DNA of 64,000 nt from the human T2T-CHM13v2.0 reference genome, Homo sapiens. Numbering within the stretch: the first letter of the stretch is position 1; the number at the start of each line of letters is the position of its first letter. Under the pieces are notes generated by a model, which was not told where the DNA came from, searched no databases, and worked only from the letters and a program-made list of their open reading frames with translations. The translations under genes and the position numbers were made by a program. The stretch lies in assembly GCF_009914755.1 (NCBI RefSeq), contig NC_060935.1; one strand, given 5' to 3'. Shown here piece by piece: positions 30,896 to 44,999 of this stretch.

Positions 30896-32621
30896 GAGTA
30901 ATAGCAAAGAATCTGTTACTCTAAATGTTAAGAATATAAATGTGGAAAACATCCCCTTCTCAACCCGAGTTAAGTGTTCAGAAATCACTTCACATTATTT
31001 ACAAAGTAGTACTGAGGAAAACACAGGCACTTGAAGGGCAAAAAGACCTGGATTTAAAGTATGAATCAATCCCCCACATAGTTGAGTAAACCTGATCAAG
31101 TGACCACAATTTCTGAGGCCCAGTTCCCTTCTATGATAGTACTACTACTAGAGTTACTGGGAGGTTTCAATAAAATAACACTCCTTAAGATCAGTACAAA
31201 GTAGGCATTAGATAAAAAAACAAGTGAATTTACATGTAAGCACCAGAACTTTAACTGTTTTACAACAGGAATATTTCTAAAATGTACTGCACACTTTCCT
31301 GTCTTATGTAATCTAACCTTATATAAATGAGTTTGAGGTGACCATTTCACACATTTCACACAAACATTACTGTAGTAACTAAATATAATACTAATCTAAA
31401 GAAGAGAGCTATAAAAAATGAGTAACACATAAAATCCAGTTTCAAGATGCTCCATCAATTGGTTGAATCTCATAAAAATAATTCTGTTTAGTAGGGATTA
31501 AACATAAAACTGAATATTTAGATTAAAAAATAACAATAAAAGGAAAACAATGTAACAAAATTTGGGAGAGAAAAGCTCTAAAAAATGTAATTTCCTACAA
31601 GCCCTAGATGAATAAGAGTGACAAGTTATCCCAAAAAAAGGTACACGGAACACAATTTGGGTTAGTAGAGAGAAATACCAAAATAAGTCATAAAAACGGA
31701 GTTCTAGTTTCAACTGGCCTACTTGAGTAAGAAAATGTCACTAGATAAGTGACTTAACCTGGATCTATTTCCCTACTAATAAGAAGGGCACAAAACCTAC
31801 TGTGACACCTCTTACTCTTTCAGGTGGACCAAGTGATAATGTTCATTAAAATATATATATATATGCTCCTAAACCTGCCCATAAAGCACCTGATACTGGT
31901 AGCATAGTAGCACTGGTACAGGCACCCTGGGGTAAATAGGTCATCCTGCTGGAAAAGTGATCAGCCTAGAAGCTCTTGCCACTCTACCCCTGACAATCCT
32001 GGGAACTAAGGGAATCAGTATTTCTGGCCCATCTGTAACACATTCAGAGAACTGCTGGCACACTGGTTAGGAAGCTCTAACTAAAACATCACATCTAATT
32101 TGAGGCACCATAAGAGAGATTGTACCATTTTCCACAATAACCAACTCTAGCAATAGGACCAAAACCAGAGTTTTACTTGCATAGAACAGTACTGCTTAGA
32201 CCTAAACAATGGCACCCATCCTGGGCCTCAAGCTTTAGAGGGCCTTGCACTGGCCTTCCTCTAACCATACCCCTGACCATGGGGCCAGCTATGCTAAGGG
32301 CCTAAAGGATGTGCCCATCTGCAGCCTACGTGCCCCAGCCCTCATCTTGACCGGGACCCCAAAATCTCCCACCTCTTCCAGGGTCTGCTCAGGCCTCTCC
32401 CCTGAGTCAGTTCTCCTAAGGACAGATGACCCAACCAACAGTATTTACAACCCTAGGCCAAAGAATGGCCAAAGAGCTGCTGTTTGGAGGGTGTACAGGC
32501 TGGAGTTCCACAGACACGCACATGCAAACTTCATAGTTCAAGGAGCCTGGGGAAGAGAAGAAGACCTCAGGTCAGAGGCTGACTCTCTGCACCTCAGCTT
32601 GTTCTAAAAACAAACTCAGAG

Positions 32622-32892
32622 TTGGGAGGCCAAGGAGGGTAGATGACTTGAGATCAGGAGTTCGAGACCAACCTGGCCAACATGGTGAAACCCCGTCTCT
32701 CTAACAAAAATGTAAAAATTAACGGGGCATGATGGCACATACCTGTGGTCCCTCAGCTACTCAGGAGGTTGAGGCAGGAAAATCACTTGAACCTGGGAGG
32801 CGGAGGTTTCAGTAAGCCAAGATCATGCCACTGCACTCCGCTCCAGCCTGGGCAACAAAGCAAGACTCTGTCTCAAAAACAAAACAAAAAAA
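32622..32892 (+). mobile_element. AluS, slightly 5'-truncated
   Basis: Starts ttgggaggccaagg; TSD aaaaacaaactcagag on both sides. Confidence 0.9.
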
Positions 32893-33187
32893 CAAACTCA
32901 GAGGAATCTGAATTCTCTGACTCTGATCTAGGTTATTATGAAGTTTTATTTGATAAAGTCAGCAAATGGAACATTTTCTATTTATCAGTTAACTTGACTG
33001 ATAATTTGTATAGACATATGTTTCGAGACCCCGTCTCAAAAACAAAACAAAAAAAACAAACTCAGAGGAATCTGAATTCTCTGTTTGACTCTGATCTAGG
33101 TTACTATGGAGTTTTATTTGATAAAATCAGCAATGGAACATTTTCTATTTATCAGTTAACTTGATTCATAACTTGCATAGACATATG
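32861..33187. repeat. Tandem duplication, 2 x ~160 bp
   Basis: 32861-33020 and 33024-33187 align end to end with scattered differences. Confidence 0.95.
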
Positions 33188-33192
33188 AACCT

Positions 33193-33603
33193 CGTCTTAG
33201 TCCGTTTAGTACTGCCATAAAGGAACACCTGAAATTGGGTAATTTATAAAGAAGGTTTATTTGGTGCACAATTCTGCCAGCTGGAAGGTTAGGCATCTGG
33301 TGAAAGCTTCAGGCTGCTTCTACTCATGGCAGAAGGCAAAGGGGAGCCAGCATGTGCAGAGATCACATGGTGAGAGAGGAAGCAAGTGGAGGGAGGTACC
33401 AGGCTCTTTTCCACAACCAGCTCTCTGTGGGGAACTAACGGAGGGACAGCTCGCTCACTCACCCCCCACCCACGGAAGGCATTAATGTAGACAGGAAGGC
33501 TCCACTCTCATGACCCAAAAACCTCCTATTAGGCCCCAACTTCAATGCTGAGGATCAAATTTCAACATTAGGTTTGGAGGGGTCAAATATCCAAACCATA
33601 GCA
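33193..33603 (-). mobile_element. MST-family (MSTB-like) MaLR solo LTR
   Basis: gtcttagtccgttt..gggtaatttataaag..catggcagaaggcaaaggggagc..atttcaaca..atccaaaccatagca. Confidence 0.88.
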
Positions 33604-34169
33604 GATCTGCAATTTGTATCCCTACCCCGAGTCCCAAAAATGTTAGGGATGGGCCTGAAAAATAATCTAAAAACCTTGTCCTATGAGGAATAGTTGAAGA
33701 AAATGAATCCATTGAGCCTAGAAAGAGAAAAGACTGGTGGGAAGATAAAAGAACTAGCCATTTTTCACAGACAGCTAAAGAGCTATCATGTGAAAAATAA
33801 AGCAGATCTGTGTGGAGTCAGAAATGCATGGAGTAGTGTTCCAATTTCATAGAATGAGATACATTTCCTAACAATAAGAACTCTTTTTAAAAAGTTAATC
33901 GGTCATGTGAATAACTGAGTTTTCAGACAGTAAAAATAAAGAAGCAGAGGGTAAGTACCTCCCAAGGATAATGTAGAAGGAATTCTGATATTAGAGAAAG
34001 GCAGATGGCATATTCCCTGGGGGCCTATATAGCGGCAATATGAAGATATAGCTCTATATGCAGAGACTAGTGGTATGAGACACAGGCAAAACCAAAGTTA
34101 CACCCTGAAGTAACCTTTCTTTCTTTAAAAGTTCCTGTCATCTTGCTCTTTCGTTATTTGCCTCCTCAC

Positions 34170-34170
<1 letters not shown>

Positions 34171-34206
<36 letters not shown>
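34171..34206. repeat. Poly-A run (36 nt)
   Basis: Direct. Confidence 0.95.
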
Positions 34207-34209
<3 letters not shown>

Positions 34210-34493
34210 TGAATTCCTCCATTCTTCAAAATTAGTTACTAAATAGAAGACCAAAGCAGCCTTGTCTCAATGGATTTTTCACCCTCCAGCAAATCACAAC
34301 TTTCTCTACTGCTACCAGCTGGATCCTGTGACTTCTCATTATTGCTGAAAACCCTGCTCCATTTCTAAAAGTGACTCTAGCACCTCTCTATCATCAACAA
34401 ATGTTTATTAAGTAGGAATGCTAGAGATACAGCAGGAGCCTAGACAAAGCCCTCACCCCTTGAGTAGCTCAGAGAGAGGGGGGTTATAAATTA

Positions 34494-34800
<307 letters not shown>

Positions 34801-34956
34801 TTAATTAAACAAATAAGCAAATAATAAATGAATATGAAGAAGACAAAATGGGATGATATAAAAGAAAGAGGTGGGGGTGCTACATATACAGGTAATCATG
34901 ATGGTCTCTCTGGGAGAGGACGAAGGCAGCCATGACGAGACTTAAAAGAAGTACAT

Positions 34957-35245
34957 GGCCAGGCGCCATAACTCACGCCTATAATCCCAACACTTTGAGA
35001 GGCTGAGGCAGGTGGATCCTTTGAACCCAAGAGTTTGACACCAGCCTGGACAACATAGAGAGACTTCGTCTCTACAAAAATTACAAAAATTAGCCCGGCA
35101 CAGTGGCACGCACCTATAGTCTTAGCTCCTTGGAAGGCTGACGTAGGAGGATCACCTGAGCCCAGGAGTTCGAGGTTACAACGAGCTATGATCACTCCAT
35201 CCTGGGTGACAGAGTAAAACCCTGTCTCTAAAAAAAATTAAAAAT
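34957..35245 (+). mobile_element. AluJ
   Basis: Dimer with a small right-arm deletion and A tail. Confidence 0.88.
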
Positions 35246-35324
35246 AAGTCATTTTAAGTAAAAGGAACAGCAAACACAAATCCCTAAGACAGAACGTGCT
35301 TTTATTCAAAGGGAAGAAACAATG

Positions 35325-36252
35325 TCATATACCACACACCCATAAGTATGGCCAAAATTTAAAACACTGACAACACCAAATGTGGACAAGGATGTGGGAC
35401 AACAGGAACTCTCATTCACTATTGGTGAGGTTGTAAAATGGCACAGCCACTTGGGAAGACAGTGTTGCAGTTTCTTGCAAAACTAAACTTATTCTTAACA
35501 TATGATCCCGCAATCGCATGCTTAGGTATTTACACAAGATGAAAACTTACTTATTAAAAAAAAAAAACCACACCCAGATGCTTGTAGCAACTTTATCCAG
35601 AGCTGCCAAAACTTAGGAGCAACTAGGATGTCCTTCAGCAGGTGAATGAATAAATAAACTGTAGTATATCCAGACAATGGAATATTACTCAGCAATAAAA
35701 AAGAAATGAACAATCAAGCCACGAAAAGACAGGGAAGAAACTTAAATGTTTATCCTAAGTGAAAGAAGCTAGTCTGAAGAGGCTACATACTCTATGATTC
35801 TAACTATATGACATTCTGGAAAAGGCAAAAGTATGGAAACAGTAAAAAGGCTGGTGGTTGACAGGGGCTGGGGAGAGGGAGGGATGAATAGCCAAATCAC
35901 AGATGATTTTCAGCAGAGTCAAACTACTCTATAAGATACTATGATGTGGATACATGTCATTATTAATTTGTCCAAATCCATAGAAGGTACAACACCAAGA
36001 GTCAGTCTTTTTTTTTTTTCTCCTCTCAGAACAAGTGGGAAAAATGAGTGAATCCTAATGTAACCTATGGACTTCGGGTGATAATGATGTTTCAATGTAG
36101 GCTCATCAACTGTAACAAATATGCGACTCTGATGTGGGATGCTGATAATGGGGGAAGCTGCATATGTGTAAAGACAAGGGGTATACAGGAAACTTCTGCA
36201 CCTTTAGCTCGGTTTTGCTGTGAACGTAAAAATAGTCTACTTAAAAAAAAAA
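35325..36252 (+). mobile_element. L1MC-like 3' end
   Basis: aacactgacaacaccaaatgtggacaaggatgtgg..; 3' UTR gaatcctaatgtaacctatggactt; A tail. Confidence 0.82.
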
Positions 36253-36344
36253 AGGAACATCACTGAGACTGTGGCTCAGTGAACAAAGAAGAAAAGAAGA
36301 GAGAGCAGAAGATGAGAGCAGAGAAGCAGCCAGGAGCCATATCA

Positions 36345-36540
36345 CACATTACAAACATTTTGGACCACATAATTTTTTGCTGCTGGGAGTTGTCCTGTGC
36401 ATTACTGGATGTTGGATGTTTAGCAGCCACTTTGGCCTCTACCCACTAGATGCCAGTGGCAACCTACCCCAATTTGTGACAACCAAGAATGTCTCCAGAC
36501 ATCACCTGAGGGGAAAATCTTCCCTGGTTAAGAACCACTG
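36345..36540 (+). mobile_element. MER20 hAT MITE
   Basis: ctctacccactagatgccagtggc..tgtgacaaccaagaatgtctccagacat..ggttaagaaccactg. Confidence 0.85.
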
Positions 36541-37690
36541 ATATGGAGCCTCATAAGCGACCAAAATGAAGGGTTTATTTCCACGGTAAAATGTTAAGTT
36601 TTTGTTTTAGCATTAAGTATATTGGAAAGCCAGTAAGCAGAATGATACGATCTGATTAACGTTTAACATTATTTTGGCTCCCGTGTATGGTAAGAATGAG
36701 GGGAAGGACAAGGACAGGAGTAGAAGCAGGGAAGTCTGCTGGCAGTTTGCCAGACGACAAAGCCTACTAGCCTAGCCTAGCCTAGGTTTTTGCCAGTGAA
36801 AAAAGTGAGATGTAGTCAGGTTCGGTTTATATTATAAAGGTGGAGGTGACCAGACTTAACATGAGATGAGGAGGAAAAAAAGAAATCAAGGAGGAGGAAG
36901 AATCCGGGGTTCTGGCCTGCGCAAGTGGTGGATGATGATGCCACTTACTGAGATGGTAAAGACTTGGGGGAGGTAGAGGAAGAAGTCACCAACAGGAAGA
37001 GTAATTCATAGCCCTCCTTTGTTCATGCTGCCTTTGAGGTATCCATTAGACATCCAAGGAGAGGCATGGAGTTACAAGAGTCTAGAGCGCAAGGGGGAAA
37101 AAAGTCAGTACTAGAAATAAGAATTTGAGCCTCATCGGCATATAAATGGTATTTGAAACCAAAAATTGGATGAAATCACCTGAGGGACATTCCAAATTTT
37201 CAAGGAGTGGGAAAGTAGAGATAAACTGGCAAAAGCATATAGAAAATGAGAATGAACAACTAAGAGGTCAAAACTAGTAAAGTTGGCCACTGTGAAATGC
37301 TGGTGAGAGAGGTCAAATAAGATACAAACATTGAACTGACCACTAGCTTTGGCAAGATCCAGGTCACTGCAGTCTTGATTAAAAACAATTTCATTGGAGT
37401 GCAATTAAAAAAAGAAATCAAGGATAAGGATGACTCCAGGGGTTCTGGCCTGCACAAGTGGTGGCTGATGATGCCACTTACTGAAATGGTAAAGACTTGG
37501 GGGAGAGAGAGGAAGAAGTCACTGGCAGGAAGAGTAATTCATATGATGAGCTCAAATGATCAGGCTAAAGAATCACTGGTGAAGAAGAAGGTACAGCAAA
37601 TATAAACAACTCTTGAAATTTCTGCTGCAAAAGGAAACAAAAAAAGGACAATAAATGTAAATGAAGGGGATCCCAAGGTAAAGGTGGTTT
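36540..37690 (-). mobile_element. Ancient L2 containing a younger internal duplication
   Basis: L2 motifs (tttgaggtatccattagacatccaag; tgaccactagctttggcaagatccaggtcactg). Confidence 0.65.
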
Positions 37691-37714
37691 AAAAGGTGTG
37701 ATTTATTCATTTAA

Positions 37715-38176
37715 GGCATCAGTAGCTCAAGAGATAAAACTTTATTCCTCTCTCACCTAACCACCCAAAGATAAATGAGAAGTACAAGGCTAGGAGGCAG
37801 TTCTGCTCCACAAGATCATCTAAAAATCCATCTTATTCATCCATCCCCCGCTAAGGTATTGCCCTCACCTTTGCAGGTTGAATAATATGCCCCATCAGTG
37901 CATTAACATCCTACACTCTCATCTGCAAAAGGGGATAAAGAGAAAATAGAAAACGATTAGCTTCCTTTCTAAGGCTACAACCCAGAAATCACACATACCA
38001 CTTATGTCCACATCCATTTAGCCAGAATTTAGTCCACATCCAACTATAAAAGAGAAGCTAGGAAATGCAGTTTCTAGCTGGGCCAACATGTGCCCAGATA
38101 AACCCTGAGGATCCTATATACTAAAAGGAAGCCACAGAGAATGGCATTGGGTAGACAACTAGCTATCACTGCTGCA
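37715..38176 (-). mobile_element. Old MaLR LTR (MLT1K-like)
   Basis: ccagaaatcacacataccacttatgtccacatccatttagccagaatttagtc; gcattgggtagacaactagc end. Confidence 0.6.
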
Positions 38177-41096
38177 AGTAACAAAAGGCATGGATGCTAA
38201 CTGAAAGAGGATTCAGTAAAGAGAGAATGATATCTTAGGAAAGAAAACTGCTAGAATAGAAGACCTGTAGGCAAGAAGAAATGAGATCCAGGCACAAATG
38301 TACTGCCTCAGGAACAAGCTCACTTTGGTCTCTTGTCACTTCTCGCACGCTTTATTTTTCAGAAGGGTTATCCGTTGATTGCATTTCTAGTAAATTAAAG
38401 TAAACCTTTCCTTCCATCTACTAAATCAATTACGCAGAATGTGTGTAAAAATCTGGCTTTAATTGAGCAGTTCTTACTTGGGTTGTCTACCAACAGGTTG
38501 ATTCAGAGCTGCTGCTTCTCCATCAAAGACAGAATGACCAAATTTCAGAGTTGGAGGGAGTCTACAAAGCCCATTTTACATGTTCAAGGTCACAAGGCTA
38601 CAAAGTATCCTCTCCAATAGTACATCACAAGTCCTCAAACTGCCAGATCATTCCACTATCTCCTTGCTTACTTATAATATTCCTTTTCATAAAATAGTTT
38701 GTCTCCCCATGAAATGAACACCTCCTGAGGGCAAAGACTCAATGACACCTTCTTACCTATCTATCTTCCACTGCTTGAAGCATGGCAGGAGACACACAGA
38801 TGTACTCAGTGGATACTTGTCAGTTCACAGATACAAAGAGATGTGGTTTCCCTTATCCTACTGTGTCAGGATTGCTATTCCTACTTAATCTGGAGGGCCA
38901 CTGAATATAAAACAAGAAGGAAGGTCTGTCAGATTCTCCTTAGGTAGGTCAATGGAAACTGGACCTTTGGAGACAGAAATTACTTGTCCAAAGTCACAAG
39001 CTGTTTACAACAGAGCCAAGACAAACATCCAGGTCCTCTTGACTCCAGGTTCAAAACTCATTTTCCTGTTAAAAGTTGCTTCACTTTTTTGGTCTGTGTT
39101 TGATATCCTGGGTAATTACTGAACTTCACATGATATATTCTGCACAGCTACTGAAGATGCTACTCATCTTAAGAGTCCTTCAACCACCTATATTTCTCCA
39201 ATGAAAGGAGGAACAGGAATTACTGTTTCCATGCTACACACAGGGAATAAAAGCAGTGGAGTCAAATGGCTTGCTTCACATCACAAGGCTGAAATCCAAA
39301 TAAGGATTTTACTATTTTTAGGGCAAACTGATAGAATTTTCTAGAAGATTCTCTCCTAGAGTATGATGCTTATCTTTTCAAACAGAGACAAATTGGACAT
39401 AACATTTCCATAATGAATGGTTCACACATGCTTTTCCTCTCAATGCTTTCCATCTCCACAGCCTCCAATATTATGTATATTATAATCCAGGATATAAAAT
39501 AAAATAGTAAATAGATACATAGCCGGAAGCAAAAAAAAAAAAACAACTGTGTTTTGAAAGCCAGAATTTTACTTCTATTCTGAACATTCAGATTCATGTT
39601 TTTCTCATGAGAAATTAAACCAAACACCCATTTCTCACTTCCTCTTACTTGTCCTACAACAATCTCCTTTAAATACAAGACTAGCCCTCCCTTGTCCAGT
39701 AAAACTGAAAATATCTACTTTATAAAATCCTTACACTTTACTACCTTGGGGAATATTCCTGCTCAAGCTTCATCTCTCCAGATAGGAAACGTCTGGTTTG
39801 GTTTGTTTTTTAACCTCAAGAGAAAACTCTGTCGCATCTCATCTTCTTTAGGTCTACTTTTTTTGAGGTGCTATAATCAGAACACCTTTCCAGGTGCTGT
39901 TCCCTGGTTTTGTGGAAGAGCCCTTCTGCCTCCATCTCACTGTTCCACCGAGGACAGCGTGGGAACATCAGTGCCCTCCCCTGTCTCCTCTGGATCATCT
40001 CACTTCACTGAAGCATCAGCTAAGGCCAAGAAACTGTACAGTTTGTAGAACTGCAAGAGCCACAATGACCCCAATTCTATTTTGTTTAACTCAGAACAAT
40101 GGCCTTTTTTATTTGCTCACTCTTAGTTTGAGATTAATGTTAATAAACCAGCATTTGAAGTTGAGAGGCACACCAAATTTCTCAACTGTAAGATAATTTA
40201 AATCAAATACTTCAAAAAGCAGTGTAATATAAAAGTCTCTGGATAGTAAACTAGATCTATTTAGAAAAAAAAAATTAGCTTTTATTATTTCAACTCTGAG
40301 AAGCATGCCATAAAGATGTTAATGCAAATCATAAGGAAGACTTTAGAGTACATATACATATGGGGAAAATTATCCAACCCTGGCCTAATCAAAACCGACT
40401 TTTCTCATTCATCTTTCTAAAAAAAAAAAAAAGCCAGTACCAGTACCAAAATAGAAGTGGTATTTAAATCCAATTTATAAACTTAAGAACATTATCGGGA
40501 AATTATCAAGAATCAGGATCTATAAAAAACAGAAGTATCTTTCCACCCATTCTTAATGATCTGAAGTCAGCAAGTGATTAATAAAAATACACTACAGCAT
40601 ACAGGAAATTTCTCAAGTTATTCCGCTTATCAGCTGTTAACTAAGTTTCAGCAAAGGAGAAAATTCTATAGCAAACAGCATAACACTCAGGAAAATAACT
40701 CTATAATCTGGAGGTGATGGTAATATAAAATATTTTAGGCATACTTTCAGGTTAGAGTTTCTAATCATCATCATCTATCACTTACTGAGTGCTTACTGTA
40801 TGTCAGAGATTGTGTTAAGCCTTAATATGTACCATTTCATTTAATCCTCACTACAACCTTCCAAGGTAGATACTACTGATATTCCCTGGTCACAAAGGAA
40901 ATCTCTGAGGTCCCACGACATTAATTAGTTTGTCCAGGATCAATGTTTATAAATATCATAGCTGGTATGTGAACTCAAGTCTATCTGGCTCCAAAACAAA
41001 AATTAGTACCTTTCCAGGATTCTTAACCTTATAATGGCTATGATAGGAAATAGCACATATGCTAATTAAAGTAAAAAAAAAAGTTAAGTCCTAAAT

Positions 41097-41394
41097 CGGG
41101 GGTTGGAAAACTTTTCTTTTAAAGAACCAGATAATAAATACTTGAGGCTCTGCAGGCCGAGCTATGAAAGTACTCCACTCTGCTGCTGCACTGCCAAAGT
41201 AGCCACAGACCCAAGAATGAACGACTGTGTTCCTACAAAACTTTACTGAAGGACACTGACATTTGCGTTTTATATCATTCTCATGACATGAAATTTTATC
41301 CTTCTTTGGATTGTTTTCAACCATTTAAAAATATAAAAATCATTCTTAGCCATGGGCCAGATATGGCCTGCAGGCTACAGTTTGCCCATCCCTT
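41097..41394 (+). mobile_element. MER58B-like hAT-Charlie MITE
   Basis: TIRs cgggggttggaaaact / agtttgcccatccctt; 8-bp TSD tcctaaat / ccctaaat. Confidence 0.85.
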
Positions 41395-41509
41395 CCCTAA
41401 ATAATGCAGACAAATTTAAAATATTTTTTACTAAACAGTTCTTACAAATCATTAACTTGTAACCTCCTTTGGTATTGTGAACTGATACTTTAAAGAAGTT
41501 CAAAGTCTT

Positions 41510-41638
41510 GTCCAGCCTTGGCACAGGCCAGTAGTCCCAGCTGCTCAGGAGGGCAACGCAGGAAGATCGCTTCAGCCCAGAATTTGGAGGCCAGCCTGTG
41601 CAACATAGCATGACCCTGACTCTATTAAATTTTAAAAA
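41510..41638 (+). mobile_element. Alu monomer (FLAM-like)
   Basis: Degenerate single arm. Confidence 0.7.
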
Positions 41639-41804
41639 GCAGCAGCAGCAGTAGCTCACAGTCTCAATAAATTTGATCTGTCTCCAAGTAATTGAAAATT
41701 CCAGAGAGTTCAAAATTGCAAGTACTACCGGTGGATTTTCTAAATAAGACAGAGCACAGAATTTTGGAACTAGAAGAAATCTAACACGTTCTCATTCCTT
41801 ATCT

Positions 41805-42117
41805 GTTTTTGTTGTTGTTGTTGTTGTTTTGAGACAGGATCTCACTCTGTTGACCAGGCTCAAGGGCAGTGGCACAATGATAGCTCACTGTAACCCCTAA
41901 TTCCTGGGCTCAAGTGATCCTTCCATCTCAACCTCCCGAGTAGCCAGGACTACAGGTGTGTGCCACTACACTCAGCTAATGGTTTTTATTTGATTTTCTG
42001 TAAAGACTGGGCCTCTCTATGCTGCCCAGACTGGTCTCAAACTCCTGGCCTCAAGGGATCCTCCCACCTCTGCCTGCCAAAGCATTTGATTAGAGGTGTA
42101 AGCCACCCTGCCCAGCC
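41805..42117 (-). mobile_element. AluJ with (TTG)n tail
   Basis: Full dimer. Confidence 0.9.
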
Positions 42118-44657
42118 TTTATATGCATGTTTTTTAAATTTCTGTTACAACATTTAAAAGAGTTTGCTAGGCCAATTTACCAGGTAACATAGGTTAGTAA
42201 CTAAGTTTATACGTAATGACAATACTTTACATATTTAAAAACAGTTCTGCAGAGCATTTTCATATCCTTTCTATCATCTGATCCTTCACAGCTCTGTAAG
42301 AAAGACAATGCAAGCCTTCTGATCCCTATTTTATAAAATGCAAACAAGCTCAGAAATGTAAATAACTTGTCCAAGGAAGGTACGCTGTCACACAGCTACT
42401 ATGGGGCAGAACTGCAACCACAACCTAACTTCAAGTCCTTGCTGCCTCCTGACTACTTCCATGGACATTGGACTTCACAATCATGGGTTAAATCCGAAAA
42501 ATTCTCAAGAATATTAGTCTTACTCTTTAAAAGTTCAACTATGTTAAGTTCCTTTTTGTTTCATTCTTCTGCTACCACAGCCTTATGAAGAAAACAGATG
42601 CCTAGTCCTTAACATTTATTACATGCGTCTACGATCAACATACAGTGTGCAGATAATATACTCAGGTCAGCTTGGGAAGGAAAACACTTGAATAAGTCAA
42701 GAGAGAACAAGCAACAATAAAAACATCGTTTATATAGCACCGAGAGAGAGAGAAAGTAGAGATGAATGTATTGCCATTAGTGTCGCAGGCCAACTTCAGA
42801 AAAGCTTTTGGTGACTGGAAAATGATACGGAGGTTAGGAAATGAACACAGAAGGAACATAACTACTGGAATTCAAACCAACATCAAAGGCTCTAAAGAAG
42901 ACAGTTGAGCCTGTCTTGCTGGTTCTTAGTCTCTCCCTAGAAAACAAAACAGTTACATAACTGGAGAAGGTTCTTCCAACTAACATTTCCTCTCTGTCCC
43001 ACTTATGTTTTTCTCCCCCACTACTTCACCCTGTCACCCACCTCAATGTGAACGATCATACAGTAAACTGGGCTTCCACCTTAGCTGTGTCCAGACAAGT
43101 CTCTGTCCAAAGTGCTGCTTTATACACGGACTGCTATAGGGACCACGGTACGAAGATAACTGGCTTAAACACAATTCCAACCTGACATTTCCATAGAGAC
43201 ACCTGCTCTATGAAGCATCACCATATATCCAATTCCAAGAATGACTCAGACTCCAGACATTCCTGAAAATGGAAATCACAACATCCTAATGCCTCATCTT
43301 CACAAACAGCCCCATTAAAAAGAAAACACAACATTGAGTACTTGAAAAACTTTGAGGTCATGTTGTAGTAGTAATTAAAGCTTCTCTTTCCTTCACACTC
43401 AAGTCCAAGGAACAAATATCGATTCTCAGTTAGACTTCAATGTATCCAATAAGGAAGGATATATTGAGTCACAACCATAAATACTCAAAAATATTACAAC
43501 AAATCCAGTCACTGATTCAAACTAGCAAACTGTGGAGACTCTTAAGAGCCACCGCACTCCAGCACCATTTGCTTTTTCTTCTTCCAATAGAAATACAAAC
43601 ATAGACAATGTTTACAAAAGCAACCAATGTATCAGAAAAGTTATCCCCATTCAGACTGACTTAAAAGGTCTAAATCTGTGCCAAATAAAACTCTGAAAGA
43701 ATAGAAAATAAAAGAGATGCTGACAACAATGCTATGGCCCAGCTGCCAGCTAGCCATGTAGCATCACGCAGTGCCCCAAGCATTTTAAAGACAGATTGTA
43801 ACTCTGCATTCAGATCAAAATTATAATTATCCAAATTCTATTTCCTAAAAGATGACTATTAAACTGCATCCCAAGCATTCTGCTTGGGTCTCCTCCTTCC
43901 TTCCATCTTCAAGTTTCACAAACAGAAGGTGAAGCTACAAAAGGTCCAAGGTAGACTAAAGCTAAGAAACCAAGTCTGATTTTCTCTCCCTACCGTTTCT
44001 TGTGTACTGCTTAAGAAAATCTTTAACATAAATATTTGATAAAGTCAAAAAACGGGAAACCAAGGTACAGGGGTGGCGAGGAAGCGAGGGGGAAAAAAGG
44101 CACTAATGCACCACCGTCGTCCAACATGCAGCGGCAACTTCAGTCAATCGGAAAGACGAGGGGGGAACTCCACGGGAGCCTAAGGGAGCAGAGACCTCTG
44201 GCCCCGCGGGGCCCACGCACACCTGGGGGCGGGACCCGCGATGTCGCCCGCGGGCAGCGGAGGGAAACGCTCCCGCGGCTCCTCCGGGAGCGCCGGTGTC
44301 CCTGGAGCCCCCACTCGGCCGCTCCCAGGAGTCGCGGCTGCCGCCCGCCTTGGGCCCGGGGCGGAGAGCGCTGCGGCAGGCCAGAACGCCGTCCGAACGC
44401 CCGGCTCGCGGAGGCCGCGGGGAGCGCGGGGCGCGGGCGCGGGAGGCGGTGGGCCCGCAGCGCCGTCCGCCCCGGGAGGCCGGGGAGATGGGGCCGGGGG
44501 CGGGGGGACAACCGAGAGGCTCCTCCGGGAGCATGCGATCCGGAACCCTCACTCTAAAAAGAATATTTTAAGAAGGAAAGAGAGGCCCCCCGCAGCCTTC
44601 CCCGCGGGGCCTGCCCACGTCACCGGCGCCCCCGGCCCTCCCGCGCGCCCGCCTTAC

Positions 44658-44860
44658 CGAGCCCCGCGGCCCCGCCGCGCCGCCGCGGCGTCCCTGCGCC
44701 CCGCTGGCCGCTCCGTGTCTGCCCTCCGCGGGCCGGGCCCGACGCCCTCCGCCCGCCGCCGCCGCCGAGCGCCGCCCGCGCCGCCGAGCCTAGCGCCTGG
44801 CCGCCGAGGGCAGCCGCGGGGGCTCGGCCGGGCGTCCCCCGCGCCAGCGCCTCATCCCGC
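44658..44860 (-). other. Candidate first exon 1b of the same gene (5' end approximate)
   Basis: Donor CTCG|GTAAGG with intron starting at 44657; GGC-rich leader typical of 5' UTRs. Confidence 0.55.
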
Positions 44861-44999
44861 CTCGCGCCCCGTCAGGCTCGGGGGCGGGGGCGCCGGGCCG
44901 CGGCCTCCAAGTCCCCACCTCCGGCACGCACCGCGCTCGCCCTCCCGCGGCGGAGTCGGCCCCCGGGGACGCGGGTCCTCGGGCTCCAGAGCCTCTCAC

